Shown in pieces: positions 27,135-32,000 of a stretch of DNA of 32,000 nt. The DNA lies in contig NZ_CP007754.1 of NCBI RefSeq assembly GCF_000757865.1, positions 1,890,001 through 1,922,000 of the forward strand, in the 5' to 3' direction. Position 1 is the stretch's first letter, and each line of letters opens with the position of its first letter. Under the pieces are notes generated by a model. It made no database searches. It worked only from the letters and a program-made list of their open reading frames with translations, and was not told the DNA's origin. Source of the stretch: Prochlorococcus sp. MIT 0801. GTDB taxonomy: Bacteria; Cyanobacteriota; Cyanobacteriia; PCC-6307; Cyanobiaceae. Both the position numbers and the translations under genes were made by a program.

Positions 27135-28262
27135 TTGGAAAAAAATAAAAAGCTTTTAGATAACAAAAAAGTATCATTTTTTAATAGTATTAGTAAAAAT
27201 ATATTTATTTTATTTGGATTAATATCGATCACTTGTCTAGTCTCTGATTTTTATTTTAAAACGAGTAATTTAAGTATTACCTTCATAATTACAACGCTTG
27301 TATCATTCATTATTACTTTGATAGGTATACCTAAATTAAAAAAGATTAATATTAAACAAATTATTAGAGAAGAGGGACCTAAAAATCATTTTCTTAAGCA
27401 AGGAACGCCAACAATGGGTGGTATTTTCTTTATCCCTATTGGAATAATAATAAGCAATATTTTATATTTTAATAAAGACAATTACGATATTATTTTGACA
27501 TTAAGCTTTGTTATTATATTTTTTATGTTTATTGGTTTTCTAGATGATTTGCTTAGTTTAAAAAAAAGATTTAATACTGGTTTGAGCTCTGGCCAAAAAA
27601 TAATTTTACAAGCTTTTATCAGCCTCATTTTTATTATTATTTGCGCATCAAATAATTTTATACCTCAAAATATTCTAGTAGCTAATAAAATTGTGAATGT
27701 AGGTAATCTAATTTATCCTTTAGGAATATTTGTATTATTAGCTGAAAGTAATTCAACCAATCTAACAGATGGTTTAGATGGTTTATTGAGTGGCTGTAGC
27801 ATATTAATTTTTACAGGACTAGCTATTAATATCTTAATTGAAAATCCAAGTAATGATTTTACACTTGCTCCTCTCTGCATAGCAATGTCTGGAGCTTGTA
27901 TGGGATTTCTTTTTCTAAACAAATATCCAGCAAAATTATTTATGGGGGATGCAGGTTCCTTAGCTATAGGAGCATCTCTTGGTGGTATAGCTTTGATATC
28001 AAATCAACTTTGGTCTGTTTTAATTATGGGAGGAATACTTGCGGCAGAATCTATCTCAGTAATAATTCAAGTAAGTATTTTTAAAATTTCTAAGCGAATA
28101 AAAGGAAAAGGTCATAAGTTATTTTTAATGACTCCGTTACATCACCATTTTGAACTTAAAGGTAACAATGAGAGTTTAATTGTAAGTAGCTTTTGGTTAA
28201 TTACATTATTCTTAGTCATAATAAATCTAATTTTTTCATTAAATCCAAATTCTTTAAATTGA
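27135..28262 (+). CDS. mraY: phospho-N-acetylmuramoyl-pentapeptide transferase
   Basis: 375-aa polytopic ORF. The motifs are GTPTMGG, NLTDGLDGL, MGDAGSLAIG and PLHHHFE. It has a TTG start and there is no nearby in-frame ATG. Confidence 0.92.
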   Translation: MEKNKKLLDNKKVSFFNSISKNIFILFGLISITCLVSDFYFKTSNLSITFIITTLVSFIITLIGIPKLKKINIKQIIREEGPKNHFLKQGTPTMGGIFFIPIGIIISNILYFNKDNYDIILTLSFVIIFFMFIGFLDDLLSLKKRFNTGLSSGQKIILQAFISLIFIIICASNNFIPQNILVANKIVNVGNLIYPLGIFVLLAESNSTNLTDGLDGLLSGCSILIFTGLAINILIENPSNDFTLAPLCIAMSGACMGFLFLNKYPAKLFMGDAGSLAIGASLGGIALISNQLWSVLIMGGILAAESISVIIQVSIFKISKRIKGKGHKLFLMTPLHHHFELKGNNESLIVSSFWLITLFLVIINLIFSLNPNSLN

Positions 28263-28266
28263 AAAG

Positions 28267-28506
28267 ATGACCTATTTTACTTGGAAAGAAGAAGGGTTAA
28301 CTAAAGACTGTGAAACTTTAGATTCTATGGCCGCTCGATTTGAAGAATCTGCAAGACTGATGAGAAAAATGTCAGCAGAAGGTTTTAAAGTAGAAAAAAG
28401 AAATAAACAGCTAATAATCACCCATATCGATTCAAAAATTTTTAATGATTGGGGTTTTATTAGTGAAGAGCCGCCATATCAACAACTTACAATGATATTT
28501 GAATAA
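28267..28506 (+). CDS. hypothetical soluble protein (79 aa)
   Basis: The ATG lies 4 nt after the mraY stop. The composition is typical of a coding region. I recognise no family. Confidence 0.45.
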   Translation: MTYFTWKEEGLTKDCETLDSMAARFEESARLMRKMSAEGFKVEKRNKQLIITHIDSKIFNDWGFISEEPPYQQLTMIFE

Positions 28507-28575
28507 AAAATTCAATAAAATTAACTTTTTTATTTTCAAAAGGTAAATACTTACAAACCATGCCAATGATAAAAA

Positions 28576-30702
28576 TTAATGACTTTTAAAAAATCGAAAA
28601 TGCTTTAAGCCATCTAAAATACCATTTTTAGCATCAGAAAAGAAAACTCTTTGCTGAGATCTCAATCCATCTAATGACGCATCATGATCAAAAGGAATAA
28701 CACTGGTTGTCAGTCCCTTGATTAACTCAGCATCACCTTGTTGACTTGCTACTATGAGAACTTTTTCTAAAGATAACCCCCACCGTAAAGCCAAGTATCT
28801 AATAGCTTCTGATCGTGATGCTCGCAAAGGAACAACATCTAAATACCAATGACATTTTAGGTGAGGAGAAGCGGCAAGTCCAGCCTGCCTAAGTCTTTTT
28901 CGTACTAAAGGTAAAGTCGCATCACTAGGTTCTTTTAATAAATAACTAATCTTATAGGGAGCTTGATGTTCATCTGATTGAAACTCCAAGTATTCTTTTA
29001 AATCAAACAAAACCTTTTCTACACCTTTACGATTCCAATCAACAGTTATTGAATCTTGCCAAAAGATATCTGATTGATTTTCATCAGAATAATAAATTTC
29101 AGTCCCAGCTTGACATACCCAAACTGCAGGCTTGGGTAGTTGTGTTTCTGCATATCTATAACGAGCCGCTTTAATTGATCTTCCAGTTAAAATTCCCAAT
29201 TGAATATCCGAATTCAATGAATGATTTTTTAAATTGTCTCTCAATTTTGATAAGCATTTTGATTGCTCAAGGTAATTATCTAAATCAAGAAATATTATTT
29301 TTTGACCAATAGGAGTAGTTTCTTTAATATTTCCAACTGTCCAGTGTCGAGGTGCAAGAAATTTGAGACGCTTCTGCATCAATGCAATGTAATTACAAAC
29401 ATGAGCATCCCAACTAAAATGCCTGCTTACTCCCTCAACTCCATTGTTACTCCAAGTTTTCCATAAAGAAAAGTTTGAACCAGCTGTCTCTAAACCATCT
29501 CTAAACGCTTCTAAATCAGTTACGTCGACAAGTAGACCATTTTCACAACGAGAAAGAATATCCCTTGGGCCGCCATCATCAGTAGTCACCGTAGGTAAAC
29601 CAGACGCAGCAGCTTCAAGCAGTGTCAAGCCAAATGGCTCAGTTAAGGCAGGATTAACAAAGAGTCCTTTTCTATTTGCAACCCAACGATAAATTGATGG
29701 AATTTGTTCTCTTTTATGTTGTTTTGGATAAGCAACTTTTCCATATAGATTATATTTATCCACCAATTCAAAAACTTGCTGAAATACTTCCCTTTGCTGT
29801 TTTTCAAGCTGACGAGAATCTTCGCGACAACCTAAAATTAAAATAAGATTATGTCTTTGCTGCAAAATTGAAGAACGTCCATAAGTCTCAATTAACGCAG
29901 GAATATTTTTTCTCCTTACTGCTCTTGATATTGCTAATAGCGGTGGCAGATTTAAATCTCTGAGAAATGGTTTAAAAAGTTTGTTTAATTCTTTTTCCTC
30001 TTCGTTTAAATTAATATCTACTGAGTGAAAACGATTTAAATCAACACCAGGTGGAATTACTTCTACGTTTTTCGAGCTAAATCGCCCATAACGAGAATAC
30101 TGTTCATCAGATTCCTGCTTAGTACTTGTGATAAGTAAGTTTGAATGTGCTAAAGCTAATTCCTCTGCATCAATTCTTTTGCTAATTGAGTAAGTTTGCT
30201 CTATCTGATCATGATCAATTCCAGCAGCCAATAATCTTCTAAGTTTTTCTCGTCCCAATGAATGACCAGTAAAAACTAATGGTAATCTCAATCTTCGACT
30301 AACCAACGCTCCTACGTAACCAGCATCAGCGTAATGAGCATGAATCCAATCAGGAAATCTATTTTCTTTCTGCAATCTTTGAACTATGTGATCAGCTAAA
30401 TCATCTAGATAAGGCCATAACAATTCCTTCCTCAAATAACGCTTAGGACCAAAAGGAATTCGAATAATTTCCGCACAATTGGATATTTTTTCAAGAGGAT
30501 TTGAATAGTCAGAAGATACTCTTCTATCGTTAATTAATCTGGTAATTAGTCCAACTTTTTCAACTTCTGGTCTTGCTGCAAGTCCTTTTACTAATTCTAA
30601 AACGTATAAAGTTTGCCCTCCAGTGTCTGAGTCTCTACCCAACTCAAGATCATGTGAACGGATTAAACCATGCAAATTTAAATGTAAAAGTCTTAATCCC
30701 AA
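28576..30702 (-). CDS. sps: sucrose-phosphate synthase (GT4 domain) fused to a C-terminal sucrose-phosphatase-like HAD domain
   Basis: 708 aa. The N-terminus is HGLIRSHDLELGRDSDTGGQ. The GT-B motif is EPFGLTLLEAAASGLP. The C-terminal domain has DLDNY (29272-29286), which resembles HAD motif I. A TTG start is obligatory: an upstream in-frame TAG lies at 30733-30735, and there is no in-frame ATG for about 440 codons. Confidence 0.9.
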   Translation of the reverse strand: MGLRLLHLNLHGLIRSHDLELGRDSDTGGQTLYVLELVKGLAARPEVEKVGLITRLINDRRVSSDYSNPLEKISNCAEIIRIPFGPKRYLRKELLWPYLDDLADHIVQRLQKENRFPDWIHAHYADAGYVGALVSRRLRLPLVFTGHSLGREKLRRLLAAGIDHDQIEQTYSISKRIDAEELALAHSNLLITSTKQESDEQYSRYGRFSSKNVEVIPPGVDLNRFHSVDINLNEEEKELNKLFKPFLRDLNLPPLLAISRAVRRKNIPALIETYGRSSILQQRHNLILILGCREDSRQLEKQQREVFQQVFELVDKYNLYGKVAYPKQHKREQIPSIYRWVANRKGLFVNPALTEPFGLTLLEAAASGLPTVTTDDGGPRDILSRCENGLLVDVTDLEAFRDGLETAGSNFSLWKTWSNNGVEGVSRHFSWDAHVCNYIALMQKRLKFLAPRHWTVGNIKETTPIGQKIIFLDLDNYLEQSKCLSKLRDNLKNHSLNSDIQLGILTGRSIKAARYRYAETQLPKPAVWVCQAGTEIYYSDENQSDIFWQDSITVDWNRKGVEKVLFDLKEYLEFQSDEHQAPYKISYLLKEPSDATLPLVRKRLRQAGLAASPHLKCHWYLDVVPLRASRSEAIRYLALRWGLSLEKVLIVASQQGDAELIKGLTTSVIPFDHDASLDGLRSQQRVFFSDAKNGILDGLKHFRFFKSH

Positions 30703-30901
30703 GCAGAAATCCTTAAGAAAGATTGTGAATTCCTAATTGATTTTCTGCTCATTAAATCTGAAGAAAACATAAAAGTTTTTTTGAGATAAAAAATTCTTTT
30801 AATTTTCTGTCTATCACTTGATTTTTAAACTTACATAAATTAATAGCAGCCAAGTCAATCATAAAAGTTAAGGAATATGTACAAAGCTGAAAAATTCAAA
30901 A

Positions 30902-32000
30902 TTATCTAGGAGGGTGAGTTTCTAAAACCTTTTTTAAATAACCACCTGTATGACTATTTTTATTTGTTGCTACTTCTTCAGGAGTTCCCATGGCGATAAT
31001 CTCTCCTCCACGATTACCTCCTTCAGGTCCCATGTCAATAATCCAATCTGAACACCTAATAACATCTAAATTATGCTCAATAACAATAATTGAATTCCCT
31101 TTGTCTACCAATCTCTGTATAACATCCATTAATTTATGAACATCATAAAAACTTAAGCCAGTTGTAGGTTCATCAATCAAATAAAGAGTTTTACCAGTGG
31201 CTCTTCTAGATAACTCAGTCGCAAGTTTTACTCTTTGAGCTTCTCCTCCAGATAATGTTGGAGCAGGTTGACCAAGTTTAATATATCCAAGCCCGACATC
31301 TAAAAGCGTCCTTAATCGATCTGCAGCTTGAGGTATTGCAGAAAAAACATCAACAGCTTGTTCAACCGTCATTTCTAATACATCGGAAATAGAATAGTTC
31401 TTATATTTGACTTGTAATGTCTCTCGATTAAATCGAGCTCCTTTACAAACATCACATTGAACATAGACATCAGGAAGAAAATTCATCTCAATTACATTTA
31501 CACCTTGACCACGACAAGCCTCACATCTTCCCCCTTTAACGTTAAAACTGAATTGACCTGCTTGATATCCTCTCGCTTTAGCTTCAACAGAAGTAGCAAA
31601 AAGTTGACGTATTGGATCAAATGCACCTGTATAAGTAGCTGTATTAGATCTTGGAGTTCTACCAATTGGAGACTGATCAATAACTATAACTTTATCAATT
31701 GATTTAATACCTTTCAGTTCTTTTAATCCTTTAGGAAAAGGAACTTTCAAACCTAGAGAGTGATTTAGAGCAGGATGAAGTAATTCATTTATCAAAGTAC
31801 TTTTACCACTTCCACTAACTCCAGTAACAGCAACTAATCTGCCTAATGGAAAATCAACTGAAACATTTTTTAAATTATTTTTATTACAATCAATCAAACG
31901 TAATTTTCTTTGAACTGAATCTCTCCTACTAGTAGGAGTAGGAATAGATGAGCGCCCGCTAAGATAATCACCAGTCAATGATTTTTTTGCTTTCAACAAA
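30902..32000 (-). CDS. uvrA: excinuclease ABC subunit A, C-terminal part (5' end lies beyond the window edge)
   Basis: It has a C-terminal ABC module ([32 protein letters not shown]) and a zinc-finger (CEACRGQG...CDVCKG). The reading frame stays open to the window end, so the track's initial M is an artefact. Confidence 0.93.
   Translation of the reverse strand, partial: LLKAKKSLTGDYLSGRSSIPTPTSRRDSVQRKLRLIDCNKNNLKNVSVDFPLGRLVAVTGVSGSGKSTLINELLHPALNHSLGLKVPFPKGLKELKGIKSIDKVIVIDQSPIGRTPRSNTATYTGAFDPIRQLFATSVEAKARGYQAGQFSFNVKGGRCEACRGQGVNVIEMNFLPDVYVQCDVCKGARFNRETLQVKYKNYSISDVLEMTVEQAVDVFSAIPQAADRLRTLLDVGLGYIKLGQPAPTLSGGEAQRVKLATELSRRATGKTLYLIDEPTTGLSFYDVHKLMDVIQRLVDKGNSIIVIEHNLDVIRCSDWIIDMGPEGGNRGGEIIAMGTPEEVATNKNSHTGGYLKKVLETHPPR

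Noticed and set aside
23476-31702. Other embedded ORFs: 23476-23682, 24563-24796, 25026-25208, 25556-25843, 26886-27095, 27713-27922, 27896-28084, 29444-29692, 31457-31702 and 31498-31680.
   Set aside because: All sit inside or opposite supported genes (aroE, rpsF, argG, the acidic ORF, mraY, sps, uvrA) and lack independent support. For 26886-27095 versus 26843-27118, I kept the plus-strand frame because of its conserved-looking NPAL...LLSWLETSGRL motif and its coupling to mraY.
1-32000. I searched by eye for CRISPR arrays, tRNA/rRNA genes, IS elements, integrases, and toxin-antitoxin or defence-island genes.
   Set aside because: None was recognised. All intergenic regions are at most about 220 bp and lack cloverleaf-like GC stems or spaced repeats. 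The only repeat found is the 203-bp duplication at 3449-3854. Small ncRNAs cannot be excluded without expression data or covariance-model searches.

Overview
The window is a low-GC chromosomal segment, roughly mid-30s % G+C by eye. Gene content and protein sequences look like a marine picocyanobacterium, most like a low-light Prochlorococcus of the NATL type; this is inference and no database search was possible. I support about 31 protein-coding genes. I could not recognise any rRNA, tRNA, CRISPR array, transposase or integrase. The left third (75-6715) is a nitrite-assimilation neighbourhood. It contains a translationally coupled CbiX-like chelatase/cobA pair (siroheme branch) transcribed divergently from nirA, with two perfect NtcA boxes (GTA-N8-TAC) in the shared spacer. 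nirA is followed by a FocA/NirC-type formate/nitrite transporter, a strong hairpin, and then an uncharacterised pair: a HEAT-like helical protein and a divergent TrpD-like (glycosyltransferase family 3) paralog. The rest is mostly housekeeping: GNAT, MFS, ppk, a group-2-type sigma factor, a VTE5-like kinase, aroG, acnB, a ClC channel, an IctB/O-antigen-ligase-like protein, purU, thiO-like, dnaK, aroE, Tic20-like, rpsF, argG, three tiny ORFs, mraY, sucrose-phosphate synthase and the 3' part of uvrA. The most unusual structure is a 203-bp tandem duplication (3449-3651 and 3652-3854). It spans the nirA 3' end, the spacer and the transporter 5' end, and it creates an in-frame chimeric 53-codon ORF (3607-3768) that falls below the ORF-track cutoff. 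The duplication has a 124-bp perfectly identical core flanked by arms that are only about three-quarters identical. Many ORF-track starts are TTG/GTG, so start coordinates are uncertain where noted. All functional calls rest on motif recognition by eye.
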